DNA of 64,000 nucleotides from Lama guanicoe (Eukaryota): NCBI GenBank assembly GCA_013239625.1, contig MU057352.1, positions 25,870,764 to 25,934,763 of the forward strand, read 5' to 3'. Shown piece by piece: positions 38,460 to 48,911 of this stretch (position 1 is its first letter; each line of letters starts with the position of its first letter). The notes under the pieces were generated by a model. It saw only the letters and a program-made list of their open reading frames with translations, ran no database searches and was not told where the DNA came from. The position numbers and the translations under genes were made by a program.

Positions 38460-41100
38460 AATAATTTTATCCAAATTTAAAACTATTTTCAGGACATTCT
38501 ATCCTATTTTCAAGATGCTGCACAATTGCCACCATCAGAGGCCAAGAAACAAAAAAGACTGATGGAATACGCAAGGGACCCAGTCTTGGAAGCAATCCAT
38601 GAAGGCTTGACTCTCACCAATAGGTGTTTGAAGAAATTGGGAGCTATATTCAATGAAGGTATTGCAAAGGTGCATATTTCCTAGATCTGGAATTTTCATG
38701 GGGAGATTTTCATAGGCCCACTTAGAGCAGGCATCATCTGGGTCTAATCTGAGTAAGACATGTCTTTATTTCTCATCTGAATTATATGACTCAGCTTCTC
38801 CAGTGGTTGAAGCTAATCAGGGAATAAAGCAAAGAGATCTCTTCCATGATCAATAGATCAGCTAAGGTTCCAAAGTGTAAATCCTGAACTTCAGTTTTAC
38901 AGGCTAGGAGGCAAGGTGTGTGTACACCTCTGCAGGCTTCTCAAGATCCAGCTTCCAAGCTAAGCTTCCAATCTCTCCTTGATCTGCTGTGTGAGAGGTA
39001 GCCTGAGACATATGCAAAGAGACTGTGATATGAAAGAGAACTCAGCCCTGATAGCCCAAAAGTTGAGGATCTCCGAGCAAAAGATTGGAGGTGGATAAAA
39101 GAGCCTGGAAATGAGCCTCTCCTGTATCCTTTGCCTCACCATCTCCTATTCACCTATGTTTGATGGGTCCCAGGAGCTGGTAAAAAAGACTGGAGCCTCT
39201 TAAAAAATAAAATCTGCCCACACTTTAGACTTGTTATGATTGGCTATAATCCCTGATGGGTATTTTTCGGAACCAATGAAACGCATTCACTGACTAGCCT
39301 CCAGACACAGGAGGCATGTAGAGGATGGAGGCATTCATTTAAAAAAAAAAAGAAACCTCCAACTGTTAAGACATTAGCCAGTACAGTCAGCAGCGTCAGC
39401 GCTCAGCGCGCCCACAGCTTGTACTCGTTTTGTCCTGCACGCAGAAGCCTCCCCAAAGAGAAATGGAATAAGCGGAGGAAAACTAACAAACCCCTGCCTT
39501 TTCTCAGGGATTCTAACCCACGTGCCCACCTTTCTAATGAGATGCTGAGAATTCTAATTTTTGAGATTTTCTGATGTCTGAAGAGTAGAAGAATGGAAAA
39601 AGGAAGTCTCAAGCAGGAGTGATATTCTCTGCCCCCATGATGGAATGTGAGTAAGATTCAGCAGAAGTGCATGGTTCTTGATCTTTAAGGGAAAGATCCA
39701 GAAAACCTTCTCAAGGACTCATAAAAGCATCTGAATGGTGGTTAATTGCAGAAACTCTCATTTCAATAGTCCCTGTGCTGTATCTCTTAATTAGGAATGA
39801 GAAAGGAAACTCAATACATGTGTGGATAACTACTATACTCTGGATAGCTGAACTCCAATCATACACTGTCTGCTAAGTGTTTCAGAGAGCAGTTCATTCA
39901 TTAATCCACTCAACAACTATATATAACCTAGTAAGAGCTTTTATTTTCTGTTGAATCTCTAGTGACTGTTCTAGGAACTGTTTCAGGCACTGAAGATTCA
40001 ATAGAGAATAAAACAGACAAAATTCCAGTTCTTTATTGACAAGAGAGCCAGTACTTTGGAGTGCAAAATCTGTAGAGTAGATATTTTTAAATACCTCTGG
40101 CTAAAGAGAAAAAGAGGAAAATCGTATCTTACATTCCACAGGAGGTACACCAATTCGAAGCGGTGTCCCAGAGTCTCTCAAAGTTTCCTGCAATCCTTCA
40201 GTAATTTATATCAAAAATGATTAAAACACAAACTATTTGGAAGTATTACCTTGTCTTTAGAGAATATGGAGAAGGAGTTCCTGGAAAAGTCAAGTCTGAG
40301 GTACTTTCTGATAAATGTCAGTTTTATTTGCATGTTAGGGACATGGTGGCCAATGGAAACATAGATTTTGGCACTGCCTAGTTGGCCTCCTTCTGGAAAT
40401 ATGGTGGGTACAATGTAAACTTTACAAGCCTTATTCCAGGTGTCTAAGCTGTCAATGATCTAACTATGGCGTCACGAGGGTAATATCAGGATGCCTTTAA
40501 CAAAGTAAAGGAAGAGTCAAGAGCAATAGGAGTCAAAGCCTTCACAGTGTATCCTGCTCCATCAATACCGGTCCTTCGACCTTTAAAGAAATTATTATTG
40601 GGGCAGCCATTCACTGGGTGCTCATTAACCTGGTAGACCTTCTATTGTAACCCCATAACTTAGCCTTCACTGACCTAGCGAGTGCCTCATTGTACATGAA
40701 GAGGAGAACTTCAGAGGACTAGAGATGGTACTACAGTGAGACTATAAGAGAAGAGCAGGCACTGAGTCAGCAAGAGGATGTCAGAGAGTGACACAGAGTA
40801 CTCTACTCACAAAATTAAATTTTTGGTCCTAAGATGGACAATAATAGACGGCTTTAAGAAATATGTATATAGTGTTACTGGCCACATCCCTTATATATAC
40901 TAGTGTCAAATAAGATACCGAGGAACAGGAGTCTAGCAGGTGGACACAATAACTGTTTAAACGTAGCTCAGCAGCAGGGATGTCAAATATAATTCAGCAA
41001 CAAAGATGTTCCTTTCTGACAGACCCATCCGCAGGTGCTGAAGCTGTTCTTAGTGATCTGGGATATTCAAGGTATAGGTCAAATCCCCAGGGAAACATGG
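38460..41100 (+). mobile_element. Fossil Ty3/Gypsy internal region (PNMA-like gag, protease, RT, RNase H); MamGyp/MamGypsy-type
   Basis: Hand translation gives colinear motifs: YPNLKLFSG (38468), SEAKKQKRLMEYARDPVLEAIH...CLKKLGAIF (38535), ICCVRGSLRHMQRDCDMKENSALIAQKL (38982), VFFGTN (39260), CVDNYYTLDS (39819), SQYFGVQNL*SRYF*IPLAKEKKRK...QFEAVSQSLSKFPAILQ (40046), NYLEVL (40231), LAFTD (40660), YSTHKIKFLVLRW (40799); many stops and indels. Confidence 0.85.
39893..40035 (-). mobile_element. L2 3' end inserted into the Gypsy RT
   Basis: 'tcattcattaatccactcaacaac...tcaggcactgaagattcaatagagaataaaacagacaaaattcc'; RT homology resumes right after. Confidence 0.7.
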
Positions 41101-41124
41101 TAGAGAGGGGGCTACACCCAAAGC

Positions 41125-43008
41125 TGTGCCTTTTCTCATTTGTAAAGATTAGTCGATGATAGTATTTCTGTGGGTCTGTTTCTGGACTCTTTGCTCTGTT
41201 CTGCTGATCCGTGTGTCTATTCTTCCACCAATACCATTCTCTCTTGATTACTGTAGCTCTACAGACAAGCTTGAAGCTGAGTCATGTGAGTCCTCCAACT
41301 TTGTCCCCTCTTTCTTGTATCATCTTGGCCCTTCTAAGTATTTTGCCTTTCCATAGAAACCTTAGAATCCATTTTCAATATCTGAAAAATAGATTGCTGA
41401 AATTTTGACTGGGATTGCATTGAATCTACGGATCATATGGGAAGAATTGGCATCTAAATGATACTAAGTTAAAAGTCCAGGATCATGGGCCATCTCTCCA
41501 TTTATTTTGTCCTTCTTTGAATTCTTTCATCAGATTTTTGTAGTTTTCCATGTTTAAATCCTGTACATATTTTGTTGCATTTACAACAAAGTTTTTTTTT
41601 ATGTTTTGGTGCTATTGTGAATGGTATTTTTCCAATATCAAATTCTGATTTTTTATTGCTGATATGTAGGAAAGCAACTGACTTTTGTATATTAACCTTG
41701 TATCCTGCTATGTTGGTATAATTGCTTATTTTTCATTGATTCTTTAGAATTTCTTAAACAGGCAAAGATGTTTTCTGAAAATAAAATGTTTTATTTTTCT
41801 TTACTCTGTATACCTTTTTTTTTTTTTGCATTAGCTAGAACTTCTAGCAATGAGTGGAATAAGAGTGATGAGAGAGGGCACGCTTGAGTATCACCACTTT
41901 GTGAGAAAGCATCTGCCTTCTCACAAGCATACATTACGTTAGCTGTAAGTTCTGTGTAGATGTCCCTCACACAGTTTAGGAAGTTCATTCAATTCCTAGC
42001 TTTCTGAGTGCTTTTTTTCCATAAAGAGGGGTTGGATTTTATGAAATCTTTTTTGCATCAATTGATTAATCATATGTTATTTCTGTTTATCCTATTCGTG
42101 CGGTGTTCATATTAACTGACTCTTATATGTTCGACCAGCCATGCATACCAGGAGTAAATCCCAGCTGGTCATGGTGTACAATTCTTTTGTATATATGGTT
42201 GGATTTTGCCCACTAACATTTTTAATATTTTGCCTTCCCATGTAAATATTTAAAATATTTGTGTCTATGTCATGAGAATGATTGTTCTTTAGTCTTCCTT
42301 TCTCATAATGTCTTTATCTGGTTTCAGTGTTATCGTAACACTGGCTTCAAATATGAGTTAAGAAGTATTCTCTTTCCTTCTATTTTCTGAAATACAGAAA
42401 AGCTTGACAGAGAGTTGGTATCATGTCCCCCTCACACGGCAGAATTCACTAGTGACGCTGTTTAACCTTGCGTCTTTGTCCATTTGGGCTAGCTCGCTTA
42501 CAAGTCACATACTTATTTCTCAGAGTCCTGGAGGCTGAGAAGTCCAAAGTCAAGGCGCTAACCGATTTGGTGCCTGGTAAGGGCCCACTTTCTGGCTCAC
42601 AGACAGCATCTTTTTGCTGGGTTTTCACACGGCAGAAAAGGTGAGGGGGTCTCTCTGGGGTCCCTTTTATAAGGACTCTAATCCACTCATGAGGACTCTG
42701 AGCTCAGGATTTAATCACCTTCCAAAGGCCCCACCTCCTAATATCACAGCCTTGGGCATTGGGTCCTCTACCTAATGTTTGGGGGCACCTGAATATTCAG
42801 ACCATAGCACATTGTGTTTTATGTTTTTTAATATTGTTGATTATTGATTTAATGTCTTTAATTGAGACAGAACTATCAAACTATCTATTACTGTGTGTGA
42901 GTTTTGGTATTGTATCTTTCAAGGAATTGTTTCATCTATGTTATCAAATTTGTAGGCTGAACTGTTCATAACATTACTTTCTGATCCTTTTAATGTCCAT
43001 AGCATCAG
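41125..43008 (-). mobile_element. Old L1 ORF2 region (L1MC/MD-like), interrupted by MLT1A
   Basis: 'gtgggtctgtttctggactc...gggattgcattgaatcta...gacttttgtatattaaccttgtatcctgc'. Confidence 0.85.
42469..42809 (-). mobile_element. MaLR LTR (MLT1A-like) nested in L1
   Basis: 'ttatttctcagagtcctggaggctgagaagtcc...aaaggccccacctcctaata...attcagaccatagca'. Confidence 0.88.
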
Positions 43009-43167
43009 NNNNNNNNNNNNNNNNNNNNNNNNNNNNNNNNNNNNNNNNNNNNNNNNNNNNNNNNNNNNNNNNNNNNNNNNNNNNNNNNNNNNNNNNNNNN
43101 NNNNNNNNNNNNNNNNNNNNNNNNNNNNNNNNNNNNNNNNNNNNNNNNNNNNNNNNNNNNNNNNNNN
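43009..43167. other. Assembly gap (N run)
   Basis: Directly visible. Confidence 0.99.
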
Positions 43168-44649
43168 TTTTTTAGAGAAGTAAAACATACACACCCACAC
43201 AAAAACTCCCAAGTAAGCCACTGATTAACAAGGAAATTAAATATTAAGCTAGAGACTGTTAAAAGGATAAAATAGTACATATTGAACCCTGTGAGATGAG
43301 GCAGAAATGGTACCCAGTCATTTAAATCTAAAATCATTTCTGTGAAAAGAAATAACATTGGAAGTAAAGCAATATGTTGAAGAAAGTAGAAAATGGATGA
43401 CAAAGCTAACCCAAGAAAACTGAAGGGCAGGGCTCAGATGGGAGTTAAGAATTAGCGACCAGGAGGGTCATAAGAGATTGCTGGGTTTAAACAATTTTGC
43501 TGATGGGAAAAGCGAAGTTAAAAGAAAGTTACTGCACCAATAGTAACAATATAATCAATGTCACAACTTATTTGAGTTCATATGTGAAATATTCTGAGTC
43601 ATCAACTACATTCACACTAGGAAAGAAGGGAACAAAATTTGATGCAGGCAGGAAGTTATTCAACATATATGAACCTTTGGTAGGGTTGGCCCTTGAAGGT
43701 AAGGGAGAAAAGGTGCAGGGGTAAAGAGCTACCTGAAAGGCTAAAACACAGCACTCAAGATCTTGTGAACCAAGGTTTTTCCTATAAATTGATGTCAATT
43801 ACCGGTGGAGTGAGGAGGTTATCAGATGTAGAAATCTTTGTCATCAGCAAGACCTCTCCAGAGAACACAGTCATAAGGAGTAAGATTGGATCCAACTACT
43901 CTGAGGTATGAAAATGGGCCAGGAATAAATTCACATGCAATCAGGAACCTGGCAGGAAACACATGTAAGTGAAGTTGGCATATGTTAGTGATAGGGTATA
44001 ATGGCACTCTGACAAACCAGTGAGCCACATCCTAAGGGTCTAGTTAACAACAACAGAGTAGTGTGACGCTGTTACTTGACATGCACTTGAATTCATCTCA
44101 GACTCACTGGATACCAAGCTTCCAGCAGCAGTACTCGTTCCGACTTCCCCTATTAATGGACTAAAGCTGATGATGTACTGCTTTCCTGGTGAGAATTCGC
44201 TAGAAGTTAGTTGGAACCAATCATGGGGAATGAAAAAAAAAATATTGACTCCAGTTGAATGGGACTGACAGCTGATGCTTGGCTCCCCATTGCCAGAGCC
44301 AAGTCCAATCTGGCAGGTTGGCAGCTGTGAATCAGCCCAAGGTTGGAAACTCAAACCAGAGAGACCAGCTGTATTGTTGCCGAGGCTTGCCGGGGAAGCC
44401 AGAGCTGGTTCCAAACAAAAAGGCAAAAACAAAGTGGTCAGTAAGAAGAATAGGCTTTGTTTTCAGATCCAAAAGACTTTTTAAGCCCATAGTCATGGGT
44501 TCAGGCAGGAGGTCAAAGACAGTAAAAATTTTTAAGAAAAGGAATCCAAGGTAGGAAATAGCAAGGGAGTTCAGAGTAAAATTGGAATTGTCCTAAACTG
44601 GAGAGATTTTTCTTTTTCATTGGATGCTCGCTATATGATGACCAAATGA

Positions 44650-45230
44650 TTTTATTTAACAAACATGTATTCAATGACCACTATGTGCTAGATACTCAGT
44701 TAACTTCAAGAGAACTGTAAATAAGACAGTGCCCTTCCTTCATGCATTCTCAAATTCGTTAGAAGAAACAGGAAAGTTGCAATCACAATGCTGTGTGACA
44801 TTATAGAGAAAGTATATGGTGTTGTGGAGAACCTGGAGAAGCATTTCTTGGGTGATCAAGGAAAGCGTCTCAGAGGAACTGATCTCTTTGTTGAGGGCAA
44901 AGTGGCACACAGCAATCAATTTGGTAGAAGAGGGCTGGAAGAGTTCTTCAGGTGAAACATAAATCCTATGCAAGGGAAAGTCAGGCACACTCAAGGAAGT
45001 GCATGGCATTCAGTGTGATTACAGCCCAGTGTATATGTGTGTGTGCACGATGCATGCATGAGTAGGTGAGTTGCACATGTGTGTGTGCATACGCATGTAT
45101 GTAAGGAGTAAGTAGTGAGAGATGAGGGTGAAAAGATATCCAGGGACCAGATCCCAAATGGCCCTGTGTGAAATATTTGGTCCTGTCCCAAGAACAATGA
45201 AGAATTTGTGGATTTTCAGTTTGTTTCTTT
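44650..45230 (-). mobile_element. L2 fragment with internal (TG)-rich tract
   Basis: 'tttaacaaacatgtattcaatgaccactatgtgctagatact...gatcaaggaaagcgtctcagagga'. Confidence 0.75.
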
Positions 45231-45489
45231 GTAAGCTCCTTTTTTTTTTTTTTTTTTTTTTTATAGTAGAGGTGATTGATACATGAAACTGGAAGGGCAG
45301 CTGATCAGAGAGACTTAGCTTAGATCAAAATTACTATGTGGCTATAAAGCTCTATTTACTTCTTCTCACCTTTGTGCCTGTTGGTTTTCTTCTCCTTCTT
45401 GGTAAACACATTTCTTCACATGGTGGAGACATCCTCACTAAAGCCCCACCGTCACAACAGTGAATATCTATGCAAAGAAAGAGGAGATC

Positions 45490-46021
45490 ATGGTAGGCAC
45501 AATTCAGAGATTTCATAAGGTCATGTTGGACAGCACAGTTGACATTAAGATGGGGAGATATACAAGCAGACCTGACCTAATTACATGAGCTCTTTAAAAG
45601 CAGAAAATTTTCTCCAGATGTTGGCAGAAGAGGAAGTCAGAGATTCAAACAAGAGAATGATTTCATATGCTGTTGTTGGTTTGAAGATGGAGGGTGCCAT
45701 GTGGCAAGCAGTGTGAGCAGGGTCTAGGAGCCCAGAGCAGCCCCTAGTGGACAACCAGCAAGGAAACTGGGACCTCAGTCATACACCTGTAAGGGACTAG
45801 ATTCTGCCAACAAGGATGTACTTGGAAGTAGATTTTTACCAAAGCCTCCAGATAAGAACACAGCCCAACAAACACCTTTATTTCAGCTTTGTGATTCAAC
45901 CTTCTTCAGCCAGAACAGAGAACTCCACCATACCATGCCAGACTTCTCACCTACACAAGTGTCAGCTAATAAGCCACTAAGTTTATGGTAATTTGTTACA
46001 CAGCAATGGAAAATTAACACC
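45490..46021 (+). mobile_element. MaLR LTR (MLT1E-like) nested in an older antisense MLT1 (~45340-46165)
   Basis: 'cagcaaggaaactgggacctcagtc...gattctgccaacaa...aagccactaagtttatggtaatttgttacacagcaatggaaaattaacac'; flanks carry 'ttgattggctcagctt...tgaaccaatcact'. Confidence 0.88.
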
Positions 46022-46386
46022 AAGAGCCTCTGCCCTCACTCCAGTTGTCTTAGAAAATTGCTTTGATTGGCTCAGCTTGTGGCATAAGCCTAAATCTGAA
46101 CCAATCACTATGACCAAGATAGAGTCTGATTGACCCAGACAGATGATAAGCCCACCCCTTGACCAGTCAATTGAGTTACAAAAGGAAGGACAGCTTATAA
46201 ATAGTAACTTTCATATGGAACATTTTCAAAAATGTTGATGAAGCAGAAGATGAGTAGGTGGATGGATGCTGTTTACAGAAAATGGAAGGAATGTATGTAA
46301 CAGTGTGGAATAAACACTTTCAGCATCACAATTTAGAACGGTCATCCTGGCTGAAGAGTAGGAAAAGCACTAGGCATGGACAAGAC

Positions 46387-47287
46387 TGCCGGGGTCCAGC
46401 CCCAGCGGGTTCAGGAACCTGAGGGAGGAGTAGCGTCCGCGCGAAGAAAGACACACTTCAGCAACTCATGGTAGCAGGTTCTCCGCCAGTTTTACTCATG
46501 CTGTGGTATTTATACTTATGCTTACAAGCACTTGCGGTTTCAAAATACAGAGGGGGAAGTACAGTACTAACAATTTCAGTCTTTGTTACGCTTCCGCGGT
46601 TAGCTCTTCCGGAACAGTTCAAACAATTTGCGCCTTCACTGTCCTTTTACTTGTTCCACTTGGCCGCTTTAATGTTCATGAGGATCTTGATTTAATCTTG
46701 TTCTCTTCCCATTAACTCTGTTGTACCAGAACGTTCAGACTGACCAATTTCTCTTTATTCTTTTTGGCTCCGAGAATTTTTAAGATTATATTGACCTAGA
46801 CAGACCATTCTCAAATAGCTGATTAACAGGTTGATATCAGAATTCTTTGAAGCCTGATTTAAATTTTATTCAACCTATTCAGTTAGAGTCCTCCCTTCAA
46901 GATACGCAACAATAACTATAGCAGCACCACGGAACATTCGATGGTCCTCCAACCCACGCCCAATTCCCCTAGGTATCCTTTTCGCCCTTTCTCTGGCTCC
47001 TAATAAAAGAGACAGCTCTGCACAGATTTCTTGGGACACATTTATATGGAATTGCCCCTTAGTCATGTTTGCCCCAGTCTTCCCCTGAAATCCCCCATCT
47101 TGTCCCCGTAGGGACTCCCTAGAATCATAATTCTTAATATATCCACATAGCAAAGCAAATATTGAGCAAAATCCTAAGAAGATGCAGAGAACCTCGCCAC
47201 AACTTTTCTTACCACTGCTGTGCAGTGGCCCCCTCATAGGCCTCGCTGTGCGTACAGCCTCAGGGTCCGGTGGCGTGGCTCCCGACA
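46387..47287 (-). mobile_element. Young ERV2 (betaretrovirus-like) solo LTR, 901 bp
   Basis: Minus strand runs TGTCGGGAGCC...GGGGCTGGACCCCGGCA (TG...CA with imperfect terminal IR); perfect 6-bp TSD caagac (46381-46386, 47288-47293); CpGs retained; splits an L2. Confidence 0.92.
46491..46514 (-). promoter_or_regulatory. LTR TATA box and AGTAAA poly(A) signal
   Basis: Minus strand TATAAATA (46514-46507) followed by AGTAAA (46496-46491), about 100 bp before the LTR end. Confidence 0.65.
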
Positions 47288-47288
47288 C
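46875..47288 (-). CDS. Putative LTR(U3)-encoded type II membrane protein, 137 aa, MMTV-Sag-like layout; native ATG lost in this solo LTR
   Basis: Open frame begins on the LTR-terminal TG; hydrophobic segment VLCIFLGFCSIFALLCGYI (aa 33-51) after KK; sequons N74-M-T and N83-V-S; RAKR at aa 101-104. No expression evidence. Confidence 0.4.
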   Translation of the reverse strand: MSGATPPDPEAVRTARPMRGPLHSSGKKSCGEVLCIFLGFCSIFALLCGYIKNYDSRESLRGQDGGFQGKTGANMTKGQFHINVSQEICAELSLLLGARERAKRIPRGIGRGLEDHRMFRGAAIVIVAYLEGRTLTE

Positions 47289-48732
47289 AAGACTGGAGAC
47301 AGAGGATCAATTTGAAGACTCTTGCAATAATCCCATAGAGAGATGACTGTTACCTGAACATGCATAGTGCAGTAGGAAGTAATACGTCGCCTAGCCTCAA
47401 GGCTCCCGCACACTAGGCACTGAATAATTTGCTGAATAAATAAATTAATGAATGAATGGATGAGTGAGTGTGAATGGAAATGGGAATGGCTTCTAGAGGT
47501 ATTAAAGAGATTTAACCAAAACTGGCTCAGAGCATTAAGAAAATTCATGTAAAAAAATGTTTCTTTAGCTGTGCAAACTGTATCTCCAGGGCCACAGAAC
47601 CCTGGGCTTAGACAGAATAGGCGTGTCAGACTACGCACATTTGAATACTCAATGCCTTCATGCATCACTGGGGCGTGATTACACAACACCCTGGGTGCTT
47701 TCAATCTGCCTTTGCAGACCTCTTGCTGTTAGTTGTGAATCACTGCAGGCTGACATAACTTTGCATTTCCTCCTTTGCCATATGTCCCCAGTCCCTTGTC
47801 ATCATTGCTCATCACCGAGGTAACCCCCCTTGCTGACTCTCCATTAATTTGCGTGACTAAGATGCCCTCCCAATCAAATGAGGCCCTGTGTCCTCGAATG
47901 CCTGCTGTAGCTGCTTTTGCTGGAAGCCCTCTCCTGGGCTGTGACCTTGTTTCCCTCTGATATTTTCCACTTTATTAACTCAGTAAATGTCCTCAGATGG
48001 GCAAGGTCATTTCTCTCCATTAGCTCTCAGCACTCTGGCCACGTGTTCAGATGGAGACCCTGTTAAGCAGCCAGCAGTGGAAGTGGAGAGCTGGACCGCT
48101 GGATGAGAGGGCGACAGCTACTCCAGGTGAATTATTTAGCTTCTATTGCTCAAGATAACAAATACCCGGCTTGGGGCTGGCTTCTCTGCCCTCTGAGGTT
48201 GTAGCACCTTAGTTGTATCCATGTCTCCTGAGAAGTCCTACTCACAGGATCATAAGGCTTGAATCATGTTCAACAAACATCTGGGGGGCTTCCAAGCACC
48301 TGGTCCCATGCCAAGGGCTGGGCGTATAATGATTTAGAAAAATAAGCCCAGCCTTAATGGGGCTGAAAATTGAGTGAGGAAAGGAACATTGGTCATATAC
48401 TCAAACAAGGATAATAATCAACAGTAGGAATGCTCTTTTAAAATATAGTAGAAAAGAAAGTCTTACTGGAAAGAAACGCCATTTGACCGATGATCTGAAG
48501 GTTAAGCGGAGGTTAAGTAGCTGAAAGGAAAACAACGGGTGAGTGATCTTTGTTCTGTCTTTTAAATAATGTCTGTTTTAAGTAAATTTGTCCTCCCTTC
48601 CACACGAAAGCCCTCAAACAATAAACACGTTTATGAGATCCATATTTGCTTTCCCTTCAACAAAATAAGGAAAGCAAGCTAAGTCCAGTCCCCATTCTGA
48701 TCCTCTAAATCTTCTTATGCTGGGTTATTCCT

Positions 48733-48766
<34 letters not shown>

Positions 48767-48911
48767 ATGTCCTGATTGAATTTGCTCAGTGTCAATTCAA
48801 GAATGAGGTTAATGAAGAGAAGAAAATTAACATTCCTTAACCACTAACAAGTCAGACACTGTATTAGGCACTTTATATATGTTCATATTTAATCTTTGAG
48901 TGAATGGGTGG

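Noticed and set aside
42919-43403. ORFs spanning N runs (also at 62444-62731)
   Set aside because: Artefacts of translating assembly gaps.
46922-46940. REST/RE1-like CAGCACCACGGA within the LTR
   Set aside because: The right half (GGACAG) is broken (GGAACA), and the sequence lies inside the putative ORF; likely coincidental.
47234-47704. 156-aa minus-strand ORF entering the LTR
   Set aside because: Crosses L2 fragments and a simple repeat and is in a different frame from the U3 ORF; a chance read-through.
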